From: Candidatus Omnitrophota bacterium
Lineage (GTDB): Bacteria; Omnitrophota; Gorgyraeia; Zapsychrales; JANLHA01
Direction: 5' to 3'
Length of the DNA: 64,000 bases
Assembly (NCBI GenBank): GCA_020632535.1
Contig: JACKFJ010000002.1
Location: 318,331-382,330 of the forward strand
The position numbers and the translations under genes are program-made. The notes beneath the pieces are model-generated. The model was given only the letters and a program-made list of their open reading frames with translations, was not told the origin of the DNA and did not search any database. Shown here one piece after another: positions 36,395 to 47,783 of the stretch (the first letter of the stretch is position 1; each line of letters starts with the position of its first letter).

Positions 36395-37642
36395 ATGGAT
36401 CCAAATCCAATTAATACAGGAGATACAGCTTGGGTGTTGGCGAGCGCTGCGCTTGTGCTTTTGATGACACCCGGACTTGCTTTTTTTTATGGTGGGATGG
36501 TTCGCCGTAAAAATGTTTTAGGTATTTTAATGCAATGTTTTATGTTAATGAGTATTATCACGATTCAATGGATCTTGTTTGGGTATAGTTTATCTTTCGG
36601 TGATGGTGGTGGATTAAATAAATTCATCGGTGGATTGGGATGGTTTGGATTAAACGGCGTTGGTCAAGATCCAAGCACGAGTTATGGAACAACGATTCCC
36701 CATGTTCTTTTTATGGCGTTTCAAGGTATGTTTGCCGTGATTACTCCGGCTTTGATCATCGGATCAATCGCGGAACGTATGAAATTTGCGGGTTTTGTTG
36801 TTTTTATGCTGTTATGGTCAACGTTAGTCTATGATCCGATTTGCCACATGGTTTGGGCCGTCGGTGGATTTTTAAGTACGATGGGAGCATTGGATTTTGC
36901 CGGTGGTACGGTTGTTCATATCAATGCGGGTGTGGCTGGTCTTGTGATTGCCATGATGTTAGGCAGAAGATTGGGTTATGAAAACAGAGGAATGTCAATT
37001 CATAATATGCCGTTTGTCGTATTAGGTGCAGGGTTGCTTTGGTTCGGGTGGTTTGGCTTTAATTCTGGAAGTGCTTTGGGTGCTAATGGTTTGGCCGCTC
37101 ATGCATTTGTTACGACCAATATTGCCGCCGCTGCAGCAGGTTTGAGCTGGGCTTTGATTGAATGGAAGATCAGTGGAAAGCCGACGATGTTTGGGGTGGT
37201 GACGGGTATTGTTGCAGGTTTGGTTGCGATTACACCTGCCGCAGGTTTTGTGGATGCGATGGGTGCTCTTGCAATCGGTTTATCCGTTAGTGTTATTTGC
37301 TTCTTAGCTGTCGGGTATTTAAAACCAAAGTTTGGTTATGATGATTCACTCGATGCTTTTGGTGTGCACGGCATCGGTGGTCTTTGGGGTGCTTTAATGA
37401 CGGGTATTTTTGCCAATCCGGCTGTTAATTCTGCGGGGACAGGTTTGCTTTACGGCAATCCCAAGCAGTTATATATTCAAGCGGTAGCTTGTTTGATTAC
37501 GATCGCTTACACCGCGATTGCTACGGCTCTTATTTTCTGGGTTGTGAATATGATTGTCGGCATGAGAGTCAACCAAGAAGATGAAGTTATTGGACTTGAT
37601 TTGAGCCAACATCACGAACGGGCTTACACTATTATTGAATAA
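36395..37642 (+). CDS. amtB: Ammonium transporter AmtB
   Basis: LAFFYGGMVR, DFAGGTVVHINAGVAGL and DAFGVHGIGGLWG. 415 aa polytopic protein. Confidence 0.95.
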   Translation: MDPNPINTGDTAWVLASAALVLLMTPGLAFFYGGMVRRKNVLGILMQCFMLMSIITIQWILFGYSLSFGDGGGLNKFIGGLGWFGLNGVGQDPSTSYGTTIPHVLFMAFQGMFAVITPALIIGSIAERMKFAGFVVFMLLWSTLVYDPICHMVWAVGGFLSTMGALDFAGGTVVHINAGVAGLVIAMMLGRRLGYENRGMSIHNMPFVVLGAGLLWFGWFGFNSGSALGANGLAAHAFVTTNIAAAAAGLSWALIEWKISGKPTMFGVVTGIVAGLVAITPAAGFVDAMGALAIGLSVSVICFLAVGYLKPKFGYDDSLDAFGVHGIGGLWGALMTGIFANPAVNSAGTGLLYGNPKQLYIQAVACLITIAYTAIATALIFWVVNMIVGMRVNQEDEVIGLDLSQHHERAYTIIE

Positions 37643-37690
37643 ATTTAACCAGAACTCTTTTTGAAAGAGAATCCAAGGAGGATGTCTCAC

Positions 37691-38032
37691 ATGAAACTGA
37701 TAACAGCAATTATCCAGCCGCATCGGTTGGACGATGTTAAAAAAGAACTCTATAAAGAAGATATTAACCTTATAACAGTAAGCGAGGTTTTGGGGCATGG
37801 TCGTCAAAAGGGCGTCGATGAGTTTTACCGAGGCGTCAAAGAAACGGGTAATCTTCTTCGCAAATACAAGGTAGAAATTGCCGTTAATGAAAACTTCGTT
37901 GATAAAGCAATTAAAGCCATTATTCGCGGGGCGCGTACCGGTAAAATTGGCGACGGTAAAATTTTCGTCGTGGAATTGCCGCGGTGTATTCGTATTCGTA
38001 CGGGTGATGAAGGCCCCGAAGCCATTGGTTAA
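37691..38032 (+). CDS. glnB: PII nitrogen regulatory protein (GlnB/GlnK)
   Basis: The ATG at 37691 follows AAGGAGGA. MKLITAIIQPHRLDDVKKEL...GHGRQKG...TGKIGDGKIFV...IRIRTGDEG. 113 aa. Confidence 0.9.
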   Translation: MKLITAIIQPHRLDDVKKELYKEDINLITVSEVLGHGRQKGVDEFYRGVKETGNLLRKYKVEIAVNENFVDKAIKAIIRGARTGKIGDGKIFVVELPRCIRIRTGDEGPEAIG

Positions 38033-38051
38033 TATCCTTTGAGCGAATAAG

Positions 38052-38102
38052 ATGAGGTGAGCGGGTGAACTTGTTTAAAAAGTTTGCCCGCTTACCTCAT
38101 TT
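38052..38102 (+). terminator. Long hairpin after glnB (terminator or stabiliser; short U-tract)
   Basis: ATGAGGTGAGCGGG (38052-38065) pairs with CCCGCTTACCTCAT (38087-38100), with one G.U pair. Inner AACTT/AAGTT pairing is also possible. Only TT follows. Confidence 0.45.
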
Positions 38103-38163
38103 AGACCGAAGATCGCCGCGCGATGCTTAAAGGAATGTTGGGATTTTGCTCGAAGTGTTTAGA

Positions 38164-38192
38164 TTGACAGTAGGAAAGCACATTGGTAGAAT
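38164..38192 (+). promoter_or_regulatory. Sigma70-like promoter upstream of the type III GS gene
   Basis: TTGACA (38164-38169), 17 nt spacer, TAGAAT (38187-38192). Confidence 0.55.
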
Positions 38193-38266
38193 ACAGCCTT
38201 ATTGATTTTCTCCTGTAATAGTAAATTTTCTCAAAAAGATCAGTTCATACAAAGGAGAGTTGCAAA

Positions 38267-40414
38267 ATGAGTAATGTTAATCGTACAAAAGAAGTACAAA
38301 CCACCTCGATACGTAATTTTATAGGAGAGACAGGTATGAGCGACGTTGAAGAAAATGGTAACGCGAAATCGATTCCTGAATATTTTGGGAAAAATGTATT
38401 TAATTTTAAAGTGATGCGCCAATATCTTTCGGATAAGGCACTTAAAAGTTTAAGCGCTACGATCAAGGAAGGTGGCCGTTTAGATCCAGAAATTGCCGAT
38501 GAAGTCGCAGAAGCGATGAAGACATGGGCGGTTTCTAAAGGAGCCACGCATTTTACGCATTGGTTCCAGCCCTTGACTGGTACAACCGCAGAAAAGCACG
38601 ATTCTTTTATTACTTGGAATGACGAAGGTAATATCATTTTAAGTTTTGGTGGTAAAGAATTGATTCAGGGTGAGCCAGATGCGTCATCATTTCCGTCGGG
38701 TGGATTGCGTGCAACGTTTGAAGCGCGTGGCTATACGGGGTGGGATCCGACATCACCAGCGTTTATTAAAGAAGGTCCAGAAGCTACGACGCTTTGCATT
38801 CCCACATTTTATATTGGGTATCATGGTGAAGCGTTAGACAAGAAAACACCATTACTTCGTTCAATGAATGTTTTGTCAAAACAGGTTTGCCGTTTGGCGA
38901 GTCTTTTTGGCATTGATGTGAAAGGCAAGCGTGCCTATTGCACATTGGGACCAGAACAAGAATATTTTTTGATTGATAAAGCTGATTTTGAATCTCGCAT
39001 TGATTTGGTTCAAACAGGACGTACTCTTTTTGGTCGAAAGCCAGCAAAGCATCAACAGCAGGAAGATCATTATTTTGGCGCCATTAAGCCGCGCGTTATG
39101 GCTTTCATGGAAGATCTCGATCGCAAACTGTGGGAATTAGGAATGCCTTCGAAAACTCGTCATAATGAAGTTGCTCCCGCGCAATATGAAATTGCTCCGA
39201 TTTATGAAGATTTAAATATTGCGGTTGATCACAATATGATGTGTATGGAAGTTATGCGTCAAACTGCAGATCGATTAGGTTTGGTTTGTTTGCTACATGA
39301 AAAGCCGTTTGCCGGTATCAATGGTTCTGGTAAACATAATAATTGGTCAATTGTTGGACCGGATGGGAAGAATTGGTTATATCCGGGAAAAACTCCGCAC
39401 GAAAATGCCAAATTTTTGACAACACTTTGCGCGATTATTAAGGCTGTTGACACATACGCGGATCTTTTGCGTGTTACCGTAGCTACAGCTGGCAATGATC
39501 ATCGTTTAGGAGCTAATGAAGCGCCTCCGGCAATTGTTTCTATTTTCTTGGGCGAGCAGTTGTATGATATTGTTGAGCAAATCGAAAAAGGTGGCGCTAA
39601 AACTTCGAAAGAAGGCGGCACGATTAGTGTTGGTGTCGATTCATTGCCGAGCTTGGCTCGTGATACGACGGATCGTAATCGAACATCGCCGTTTGCTTTT
39701 ACCGGTGCTAAATTTGAGTTTCGTGCCTTAGGTTCGAATCAAAATCCATCAGCGGCAAATATGGTTTTAAATACTATTGTCGCGCAGGCATTGAAGGAAA
39801 TCTGCGATCAATTAGAAGCTGATAAGAAAGCCGGCAAAGATTTTAATAAATCTTTACAGGCGATCTTACAGGCCATTATTAAAAAGCATAAGCGTGTTTT
39901 GTTTAGCGGCGACGGTTATAGTCAAGAATGGCACGCGGAAGCTAAGAAGCGTGGTTTGCCGAATATGAAATCGACTCCAGAAGCTCTAGAGACTTTAAAG
40001 CTTCAAAAGAACATTGATGTTTTATCTAAAAACGGTGTTCTTTCGGAAATTGAAATTGTTTCTCGATATGAAATTAATAAACACGCGTACAATACAGTCA
40101 TCGCTCTTGAAGGTGAATGCGCCTTAACCATGGCTCGCACGCAATTGATTCCGGCTGGTTTGGATTTTCAGGAACAACTTTCTTCTGTCAAGTCTGTCAC
40201 GCAGAAGAAATTGTTAAAGCAGGTGTCATCGCTTATTGATTCTGCGCTCAAAGCCGCGGATGCATTGGATGCGGCCATTGAGAAGCATGATTCGGCTAAG
40301 ACCTTAGCTGGCATGAATAAATTGCGTGAGGTCATTGATGAATTAGAAGGCGTGGTTCCGGCAAATATGTGGCCGATACCGAGCTATGCACAAATGTTGT
40401 TAATGAATGCTTAA
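38267..40414 (+). CDS. glnN: Glutamine synthetase, type III
   Basis: 715 aa, which is type III length. N-terminal PEYFGKNVFNFKVMRQYL...GATHFTHWFQPLTGTTAEKHDSF. Catalytic region NEVAPAQYEIAPIYE and HEKPFAGINGSGKHNNWS. Confidence 0.9.
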   Translation: MSNVNRTKEVQTTSIRNFIGETGMSDVEENGNAKSIPEYFGKNVFNFKVMRQYLSDKALKSLSATIKEGGRLDPEIADEVAEAMKTWAVSKGATHFTHWFQPLTGTTAEKHDSFITWNDEGNIILSFGGKELIQGEPDASSFPSGGLRATFEARGYTGWDPTSPAFIKEGPEATTLCIPTFYIGYHGEALDKKTPLLRSMNVLSKQVCRLASLFGIDVKGKRAYCTLGPEQEYFLIDKADFESRIDLVQTGRTLFGRKPAKHQQQEDHYFGAIKPRVMAFMEDLDRKLWELGMPSKTRHNEVAPAQYEIAPIYEDLNIAVDHNMMCMEVMRQTADRLGLVCLLHEKPFAGINGSGKHNNWSIVGPDGKNWLYPGKTPHENAKFLTTLCAIIKAVDTYADLLRVTVATAGNDHRLGANEAPPAIVSIFLGEQLYDIVEQIEKGGAKTSKEGGTISVGVDSLPSLARDTTDRNRTSPFAFTGAKFEFRALGSNQNPSAANMVLNTIVAQALKEICDQLEADKKAGKDFNKSLQAILQAIIKKHKRVLFSGDGYSQEWHAEAKKRGLPNMKSTPEALETLKLQKNIDVLSKNGVLSEIEIVSRYEINKHAYNTVIALEGECALTMARTQLIPAGLDFQEQLSSVKSVTQKKLLKQVSSLIDSALKAADALDAAIEKHDSAKTLAGMNKLREVIDELEGVVPANMWPIPSYAQMLLMNA

Positions 40415-40452
40415 GTATTTCGTAGGGCGTAAGCAGACATAAATAAAACTGG

Positions 40453-40490
40453 TAAGCGGAGGGGGGCGGTCAAACGCTTTTCTCCGCTTA
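40453..40490 (+). terminator. Hairpin after glnN (weak terminator candidate)
   Basis: TAAGCGGAG (40453-40461) pairs with CTCCGCTTA (40482-40490). The loop is 20 nt and the T-tract is poor. Confidence 0.3.
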
Positions 40491-40516
40491 ACTTTGGTTT
40501 ACCATCGTGAAAAATT

Positions 40517-41221
40517 ATGATCCTTTATCTTAAACACGTCGATATCGAAGGCCCGGAAACGATTGCCCCCTTTTTTGAAAAGCATGGGTACGCAACAAAA
40601 GTCCTTGAATTATATAATGGTGATATTTTGCCACAAAAATTCGATGATATTGACGCTGTCGTTTGTTTGGGCGGGCCAATGAATGTGTATGAAGAAGACA
40701 AGTATCCTTTTTTGAAAGACGAGAATATTTTTATACAACGTGTGCTTGAAAATAAGATTCCTTTTTTGGGTATTTGCTTAGGCTCGCAGTTATTAGCAAA
40801 AGCGGCTGGCGGGAAAGTTACTCGTTCTCCAGTGGAGGAAATTGGTTGGCGCACGGTACAGTTAACGGATGAGGGGGGTAAGGACGCTTTATTAAAGAAT
40901 TTGCCAGCTGAGCTTGTTGTGTATCAATGGCATGGCGACACTTTTTCGATTCCACCAAACGGAATTTGTTTGGTCAATGGCTTGGACTGTCCTCGTCAGG
41001 CATTGAAGGTTGGCTCAGTAGCTTATGGTTTTCAGTTCCATATTGAAATTACGGACAAAAGCATTCACGAATGGTCAGACGAATATTTTAAAGATTCTCC
41101 TTCGCTATTAAGAGAAAAAAAAGATATGATGCTAAAAGAATACACTAAGTATAAAATGCTTTTTAAAAAAGAAGCAGAAACCATTTATAGCAATTTTCTT
41201 AATTTATTGCAGTCACAATAA
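40517..41221 (+). CDS. Class I glutamine amidotransferase-like protein
   Basis: Nucleophile elbow FLGICLGSQLL. GFQFHIE His-Glu region. 234 aa stand-alone GATase1. Confidence 0.75.
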   Translation: MILYLKHVDIEGPETIAPFFEKHGYATKVLELYNGDILPQKFDDIDAVVCLGGPMNVYEEDKYPFLKDENIFIQRVLENKIPFLGICLGSQLLAKAAGGKVTRSPVEEIGWRTVQLTDEGGKDALLKNLPAELVVYQWHGDTFSIPPNGICLVNGLDCPRQALKVGSVAYGFQFHIEITDKSIHEWSDEYFKDSPSLLREKKDMMLKEYTKYKMLFKKEAETIYSNFLNLLQSQ

Positions 41222-41245
41222 CTTTTTAGTCCGACCTAATATCAT

Positions 41246-42931
41246 ATGCTACGCATAGCCATCGCCCAGATTAATGTTACCGTCGGAGACCTTCCCGGAA
41301 ACCAGAAGAAAATCCTCGAATATTTACAAAAAGCTAAGATGCTTAAGTCCGATATGGTGGTTTTTCCTGAACTTGCTTTGACAGGTTATCCGCCGGAAGA
41401 TCTCTTACATAAAGAGCATTTTGTCCGAGATAATTTAAAAGTTTTAAAAAAGATCGCTTTTCAAGTCAAAGATATCATTATGGTCGTCGGTTTTGTCGAT
41501 ATTGATCGTAACAAAAACTTATACAATGCCGCGGCGGTTATCGCGAAAGGAAAAGTTAGGGGCGTTTATCATAAGCATGATTTGCCTAATTATGGGGTTT
41601 TTGATGAGAAAAGATATTTTGCTGAAGGTAATCAGCATCCTCTTTTCTTATTTAATGATATTTGTTTTGGTGTCAATATTTGCGAGGATATTTGGCAAGA
41701 CGAAGGGATTTATTTGAGTCAGGCACAAAGGGGCGCGTCTTTACTTATTAATATTTCGTCATCGCCGTACGATTATGAAAAACTTGAGCGCCGTGAACGT
41801 TTGCTCAGCAATCGTGCTAAGGAATCCAAAGCTTATATTTGCTATGCTAACTTAGTTGGTGGGCAAGATGAACTTGTTTTTGATGGAGGAAGTTTTGTCG
41901 TGAGTCCGCGCGGAAGAATATTAGCGCGCGCAGAACAATTTAATGAAGATATGCTAGTGGTGGATTTACCAATTGATGATGAACGTAAGAAGCGGCGGGA
42001 TAGTAAACAATTTATTCAGCTTCCTACTGATGGCGAATTGATTGGTCGTATCGTGGCGCATAAAAATATTATGCCGCGCATGACACAGGATGAGCGTATT
42101 TTTAAGGCTTTGATTTTAGGGACGCGTGACTATGTTTGGAAAAATGGTTTTAAAAAAGTTGTCATTGGGCTAAGCGGTGGAATTGATTCTTCTTTAGTCG
42201 CGGTCATCGCGCGAGAAGCTGTTGGTTGTGAGAATGTTATTGGGATTACGATGCCTTCGCCATTCTCATCGCCGGAGACGCGTCGTGACGCGCAGGCTTT
42301 AGCGGAGAATTTAGGAATTGAATTTAAAGAAATCGCGATTAAAGAAATTTATGAAGTCTATTTAAAATCTTTATCTTCAGGATTTGCGGGGTTGCCGAGT
42401 AATGTCGCGGAGGAAAATCTTCAGGCGCGGGTTCGTGGCAATATTTTGATGGCATTTTCGAATAAATTCGGCTGGTTACTTTTAACGACGGGAAATAAAA
42501 GTGAAATTGCGGTTGGTTATTGCACATTGTATGGGGATATGTCAGGCGGTTTTGCTGTTATCAAAGATTTGCCAAAAGGAAAAGTTTATGAAATTAGCCG
42601 TTTGGCGAATAATATTATTGGTCCAGTGATTCCCGAAAGTGTCTTTGACCGCCCTCCAAGCGCAGAATTGCGGCCTAATCAAAAGGATCAGGATTCTTTG
42701 CCTCCTTATGAGGTTTTGGATAAAATTTTAAAAATGTACGTTGAAGATCATCGTTCATGTGCTGCGATTGTGAAGAAATTTGGTAATCTACAGATCGTCA
42801 AAGATGTGATAGCCATGGTTGACCGCAGTGAATACAAGCGTCGCCAAGCTCCCCCCGGTATTAAGATTACTCCGCGTGCTTTTGGCAAAGATTGGCGTCT
42901 GCCAATGACAAATAAATACCGAGAAGCTTAA
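41246..42931 (+). CDS. nadE: Glutamine-dependent NAD+ synthetase
   Basis: N-terminal CN-hydrolase domain (FPELALTGYPPEDL, NICEDIW). C-terminal PP-loop VVIGLSGGIDSS and TTGNKSEIAVGYCTLYGDM. Confidence 0.9.
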   Translation: MLRIAIAQINVTVGDLPGNQKKILEYLQKAKMLKSDMVVFPELALTGYPPEDLLHKEHFVRDNLKVLKKIAFQVKDIIMVVGFVDIDRNKNLYNAAAVIAKGKVRGVYHKHDLPNYGVFDEKRYFAEGNQHPLFLFNDICFGVNICEDIWQDEGIYLSQAQRGASLLINISSSPYDYEKLERRERLLSNRAKESKAYICYANLVGGQDELVFDGGSFVVSPRGRILARAEQFNEDMLVVDLPIDDERKKRRDSKQFIQLPTDGELIGRIVAHKNIMPRMTQDERIFKALILGTRDYVWKNGFKKVVIGLSGGIDSSLVAVIAREAVGCENVIGITMPSPFSSPETRRDAQALAENLGIEFKEIAIKEIYEVYLKSLSSGFAGLPSNVAEENLQARVRGNILMAFSNKFGWLLLTTGNKSEIAVGYCTLYGDMSGGFAVIKDLPKGKVYEISRLANNIIGPVIPESVFDRPPSAELRPNQKDQDSLPPYEVLDKILKMYVEDHRSCAAIVKKFGNLQIVKDVIAMVDRSEYKRRQAPPGIKITPRAFGKDWRLPMTNKYREA

Positions 42932-43037
42932 TTTTGAAGATATTGGGCTTGCGATATTAATCTAAAGCTGCCAATTTTTACTATATTTCTTCCCTTGTTA
43001 TTGAGTCTATCGACGGTGGTAAATCCCAAATATTTCG

Positions 43038-43066
43038 TTGCAAGTTGATAGGAAAACCAGTAAAAT
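43038..43066 (+). promoter_or_regulatory. Candidate promoter upstream of gltB
   Basis: TTGCAA (43038-43043), 17 nt spacer, TAAAAT (43061-43066). Confidence 0.4.
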
Positions 43067-43148
43067 ACGCACTTGCAAATTTGGAAGCAATAATTTTATC
43101 TGAACCCAAAGTTTTTAATTTAAATATAGTTATGGAGATTTTAATTCT

Positions 43149-46100
43149 GTGAGTGACCCGTTTCTTCCTAAAAAACAAGGTCTTTATGATCCCAGCTTTG
43201 AACACGATAGCTGTGGTGTGGGGTTTGTTGTTAATATTAAAGGAAAAAAGACTCATAGTATAGTCCGTGATGGTGTTCAAATTCTTGAGAATTTAGCTCA
43301 TCGTGGTGCTTGTGGCTGTGATCCTGAAACAGGTGATGGCGCAGGCATTTTGATTCAAATGCCGGATGAATTTTTCCGCAAAGAGTGTTCCAAAAGTAAT
43401 ATTTCATTGCCGGTTTTGGGTGATTATGGCGCCGGAATTGTTTTTTTGCCACCCAATGTGAGTGATCGTAATATTATAGAGCAGTGGACTGAGCACATTA
43501 TTCGTGAAGAAGGTCAAAAGTTTTTGGGCTGGCGCGAAGTTCCGCATGAGCCGATGAAGGTTGGGCATGTTGCGCGGTCTGTTATGCCAGCTTTCAAACA
43601 ACTATTTATCGGTCGTGGTAAAAATACCAAGCCGGAAGAATTTGACCGTAAGTTGTATGTGATTCGTAAAAGACTTTATAATAAAGTGCAGAATTCAACG
43701 CTTTCTCAGCGTAATTTTTATTATTTTTGCAGTCTCGCTTCAAGAACTCTCGTCTATAAGGGCCAGTTAATGGCAGAGCAGGTGGATCGTTTTTTTCCTG
43801 ATTTGGCTGATCCGCTCATGACATCAGCTTTGGCCATGATTCATTCCCGATACAGCACGAATACTTTTCCGTCGTGGGCTTTGGCTCATCCGTATCGCAT
43901 GATTGCGCATAATGGCGAAATTAATACATTGCGCGGTAATATCAATTATATGCACGCGCGTGAGATGCAGTTTATTTCCAAAGCGTTTGGCAATGATTTG
44001 CAAAAGGTTTTGTCGATCGTTGTCCCGCACGGCAGCGATTCGGCAACGTTTGATAATGTTTTGGAAATGCTTGTTTTGAGTGGGCGATCTTTGCCTCACG
44101 CGATGATGATGATGGTTCCTGAAGCTTGGAGCGCGCATGAATCCATGTCTCCTGAAAAGAAAGCTTTTTATGAATACCATTCATGTTTGATGGAACCGTG
44201 GGACGGACCTGCTTCGATCGCGTTTAGTGATGGCCGGTACATTGGTGCGCTTTTAGATCGCAATGGTCTGCGTCCGTCACGATATTGGGTTACGAATGAC
44301 GATACGGTCATTATGGCTTCCGAAACAGGTGTGCTTCCGGTTGCTCAGGAAAATGTGGTTAAAAAAGGCCGCTTGGAACCCGGTAAAATGTTTTTGATCG
44401 ATACGGTCGAGGGTCGTATTATTGATGATTCTGAAATCAAACATACGTACGCGAGTCGACAACCTTATGGTCAATGGCTTGACGAAAATGTCATTGATCT
44501 CAAAGATCTTCCTTCTCCTCGTCGTGTACATGGGCTTGATGAAAAAACTTTGATCGAGCGCCAGCGCGCGTTTGGGTACACGCTTGAAGATTTAAGTATT
44601 ATTCTTGATCCGATGGCACTCAATGGTGAAGAGGCGACCGGTTCTATGGGCGCGGATACGCCTCTTGCTGTTTTGAGTCAACGACCGCAACCTTTGTATA
44701 ATTATTTTAAACAGCTTTTCGCGCAGGTGACCAACCCACCTGTTGATGCCATTCGCGAAGAAATTGTAATGGCTGAGAATGTTATGCTTGGCGCTGAAGG
44801 TAATCTTCTTGAGGAAACTCCGACGCATTGTCATCGTTTACGTGTTGCTCGGCCGATTGTGACCAATGAAGAGTTGGAAAAAATTCGTGAAATCAATCAG
44901 GGTAATTTGCGCGCGACAACAATTCCGGTGGTGTTTAACAAAGCTGATGGCGTGCAAAGTTTAGAAGCTAGCCTTGAAGGTGTTTTTCAGGCTGCGGATG
45001 TGGCGATTGAAAAAGGATTTTCGATTCTTGTTCTTTCAGATCGAGGTGTTGATAAAAACCATGCGCCAATCCCGACGCTGTTAGCCTGTTCGGGTTTGCA
45101 TCAGCATTTGATTCGTCAAGGGACGCGGACAAAGGTGAGTTTGGTTTTAGAAACAGGTGAGGCGCGTGAAATGCACCATTTTGCCTGTTTGATTGGTTAT
45201 GGCGCGAATGTGATTAATCCATATTTGGTTTTTGAAACAATTGAGGCGCAATTAAAAGAAGGTCGTTATCTTTCAACAATAACATTTAAGGACGCGCAAA
45301 AGAATTATATGAAGGCCACGCGCAAAGGTCTTTTCAAGGTTATTTCAAAAATGGGTATTTCGACGATTCAGTCGTATTGTGGCGCGCAGATTTTTGAAGC
45401 GGTTGGACTTGGTGAAGCATTTATTGAAAAATATTTTACCGCGACACCGTCACGGATTGGCGGCATCGGTATTGAAACTGTCGCGGAGGAAAGTCTTGCT
45501 CGACATAAGGAAGCCTATCCTGAAGACAATATTTATGATCGATTGCTCGACGTGGGTGGTGATTATGCTTGGCGCGCGCAAGGTGAGCATCATCAATTTA
45601 ATCCGCAGACTATTGCCTTGTTGCAGCATTCTGTTCGTTCAAATGACTTTAAGATTTTTAAGAAATTTTCCGAACTCATTAATAATCAAGCGACTAATTT
45701 GGCAACAATTCGCGGACTTTTAACATTTAAAAAGCGCAATTCGATTCCGCTTGCCGATGTCGAACCTGCTAAAGAAATTGTTAAGCGTTTTGCGACGGGT
45801 GCGATGAGTTATGGTTCGATTTCCAAAGAGGCTCATGAAACGCTCGCAATTGCCATGAATCGTATGGGTGGTTTTTCAAATACCGGCGAGGGTGGAGAAG
45901 ATCCTGAGCGTTTTAAAGCGTTGCCAAATGGTGATTTGAAACGCAGTCGTATTAAGCAAGTTGCGCAAGGACGTTTTGGTGTTACGATCGAATATCTTGT
46001 TAATGCCGATCAATTGCAGATTAAAATGGCGCAAGGTGCTAAGCCCGGTGAAGGTGGACAGCTTCCCGGCCACAAGGTTAGCAAGGATATTGCCAAGACA

Positions 46101-47708
46101 CGTTATACGACGCCCGGCGTGCAATTGATTTCGCCGCCTCCTCATCATGACATTTATTCTATTGAAGATCTTGCGCAATTGATTCACGATTTGAAAAATG
46201 CGAATAATAAAGCTGATGTTTCGGTCAAGCTTGTCTCAGAAATTGGTGTCGGAACCATTGCCGCTGGTGTTTCAAAGGGTAAGGCAGATCATGTTCTTAT
46301 CAGTGGATATGAAGGCGGAACAGGGGCTTCGCCGCAAACTTCGATTAAACATGCGGGTCTTCCTATGGAATTAGGCATTGCAGAAACACAGCAAGTTTTG
46401 GTGCTTAATGATTTGCGCGGTCGTATTCGTGTTCAAACAGATGGACAATTAAAAACTGGTCGTGACGTTGTGATTGCAGGCATGCTCGGCGCGGATGAAT
46501 TTGGTTTTTCTACGATTGCGCTTGTGTCGATGGGTTGTATTATGCTTCGCAAATGTCATTTGAACACTTGTTCGGTTGGTATTGCAACGCAGGATCCGCA
46601 ATTGCGTAAGCTTTTTCCCGGTCAGCCCGAGCATGTGATTAACTATTTTATGTTTGTTGCGGAAGAAGTGCGTGAGTTAATGGCAGAAATGGGTTTTAAG
46701 AAATTTGATGACTTGATTGGTCGTGTCGATTGTTTGGATACGCGAGACGTAATCAATCATTGGAAAATCAAAGGCATTGATCTTACGAATATTTTGCACA
46801 AACCGGATGTGCCGTCAAATGTTGCGATTTATCATGTGGATCGTCAAGATCATGGTTTAGACAAAGCTTTAGATAATGAATTGATTTCGCGATGCAAAGA
46901 CGCGCTTATTAACAAAAAGCCTGTAAATTTTGCAGTACAAATCCATAATATTAATCGTACCGCCGGAACAATGCTTAGCGCTGAGATTGCGCGCGCGTAT
47001 GGTTTGACGGGTTTGCCAGAAAATACAATTCAAATCAAATTTGAAGGTTCGGCTGGTCAAAGTTTTGGCGCTTTTCTTGCGCATGGTGTGACTTTGACGC
47101 TTGAAGGCGATTCGAATGATTATGTCGGGAAAGGCTTGTCTGGCGGGCGGATTATTATTTTTCCTTCAAAAAAGGCGAATTTTATTGCGGAAGATAATAT
47201 TGTTGTGGGGAATGTGGTATTGTATGGCGCGATTATGGGGGAGGCGTTTTTCCGTGGAATGGCTGGGGAACGCTTTTGTGTGCGTAATAGCGGGGCGCAT
47301 ACGGTCGTTGAAGGTGTTGGCGATCATGGGTGCGAGTATATGACTGGCGGACGTGTTGTGGTTCTTGGTTTAACGGGAAGAAATTTTGCGGCAGGCATGA
47401 GTGGTGGTTTGGCTTATGTTTGGGATAAAAATGGTGATTTTAAAAATCGTTGTAATCTCGGGATGGTCGAACTTTTTCCTATAACGGATGCCGCTGACGA
47501 AAAAGAATTAAAGACTTTGATTGAAAAACATGCAAAGTACACGGATAGTGACGTTGCAAAGAAAATTTTGGCCGATTGGAAAAACACTTTATCGCAATTC
47601 GTAAAAGTTTATCCGACGGATTATCGTCGAATTGTTGAAGAGGCAGTTGCTGCAGGTGCGAAAATTCGAGGCGAACTTGAACGCAACATCGTTATGCCTA
47701 AGCATTAA
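43149..47708 (+). CDS. gltB: Glutamate synthase large subunit
   Basis: GTG start 11 nt after GGAG. 1519 aa. Propeptide, then the Ntn Cys in [11 protein letters not shown]. Central and FMN domains ([19 protein letters not shown]). C-terminal beta-helix ([11 protein letters not shown]). Confidence 0.95.
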   Translation: MSDPFLPKKQGLYDPSFEHDSCGVGFVVNIKGKKTHSIVRDGVQILENLAHRGACGCDPETGDGAGILIQMPDEFFRKECSKSNISLPVLGDYGAGIVFLPPNVSDRNIIEQWTEHIIREEGQKFLGWREVPHEPMKVGHVARSVMPAFKQLFIGRGKNTKPEEFDRKLYVIRKRLYNKVQNSTLSQRNFYYFCSLASRTLVYKGQLMAEQVDRFFPDLADPLMTSALAMIHSRYSTNTFPSWALAHPYRMIAHNGEINTLRGNINYMHAREMQFISKAFGNDLQKVLSIVVPHGSDSATFDNVLEMLVLSGRSLPHAMMMMVPEAWSAHESMSPEKKAFYEYHSCLMEPWDGPASIAFSDGRYIGALLDRNGLRPSRYWVTNDDTVIMASETGVLPVAQENVVKKGRLEPGKMFLIDTVEGRIIDDSEIKHTYASRQPYGQWLDENVIDLKDLPSPRRVHGLDEKTLIERQRAFGYTLEDLSIILDPMALNGEEATGSMGADTPLAVLSQRPQPLYNYFKQLFAQVTNPPVDAIREEIVMAENVMLGAEGNLLEETPTHCHRLRVARPIVTNEELEKIREINQGNLRATTIPVVFNKADGVQSLEASLEGVFQAADVAIEKGFSILVLSDRGVDKNHAPIPTLLACSGLHQHLIRQGTRTKVSLVLETGEAREMHHFACLIGYGANVINPYLVFETIEAQLKEGRYLSTITFKDAQKNYMKATRKGLFKVISKMGISTIQSYCGAQIFEAVGLGEAFIEKYFTATPSRIGGIGIETVAEESLARHKEAYPEDNIYDRLLDVGGDYAWRAQGEHHQFNPQTIALLQHSVRSNDFKIFKKFSELINNQATNLATIRGLLTFKKRNSIPLADVEPAKEIVKRFATGAMSYGSISKEAHETLAIAMNRMGGFSNTGEGGEDPERFKALPNGDLKRSRIKQVAQGRFGVTIEYLVNADQLQIKMAQGAKPGEGGQLPGHKVSKDIAKTRYTTPGVQLISPPPHHDIYSIEDLAQLIHDLKNANNKADVSVKLVSEIGVGTIAAGVSKGKADHVLISGYEGGTGASPQTSIKHAGLPMELGIAETQQVLVLNDLRGRIRVQTDGQLKTGRDVVIAGMLGADEFGFSTIALVSMGCIMLRKCHLNTCSVGIATQDPQLRKLFPGQPEHVINYFMFVAEEVRELMAEMGFKKFDDLIGRVDCLDTRDVINHWKIKGIDLTNILHKPDVPSNVAIYHVDRQDHGLDKALDNELISRCKDALINKKPVNFAVQIHNINRTAGTMLSAEIARAYGLTGLPENTIQIKFEGSAGQSFGAFLAHGVTLTLEGDSNDYVGKGLSGGRIIIFPSKKANFIAEDNIVVGNVVLYGAIMGEAFFRGMAGERFCVRNSGAHTVVEGVGDHGCEYMTGGRVVVLGLTGRNFAAGMSGGLAYVWDKNGDFKNRCNLGMVELFPITDAADEKELKTLIEKHAKYTDSDVAKKILADWKNTLSQFVKVYPTDYRRIVEEAVAAGAKIRGELERNIVMPKH

Positions 47709-47783
47709 AATTATTACGTTCGTGTGAGACGAGGGCTTTCGCACCTGTGGCAACAAATATAAATTGCATAGGAAAAGTATTTT

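Noticed and set aside
38033-38266. A second ANTAR-type attenuator upstream of glnN, and similarly upstream of gltB at 42932-43148
   Set aside because: The long hairpin at 38052-38100 lies upstream of the predicted glnN promoter and directly after glnB, so it is better explained as the amtB-glnB 3' end. The leaders downstream of the glnN and gltB promoters have no hexaloop hairpin pair or terminator.
42981-43280. Minus-strand and alternative-frame ORFs listed in the track, such as 42981..43280, 60566..61207, 31359..31787, 32088..32540 and 11540..11959
   Set aside because: All lie inside or antisense to long, well-supported genes (gltB, carB, sucD, the Pta-N-like gene, cysA). They have low-complexity or Arg/Ser/Ile-rich composition typical of antisense translation, and they lack ribosome-binding sites. 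I treat them as spurious.
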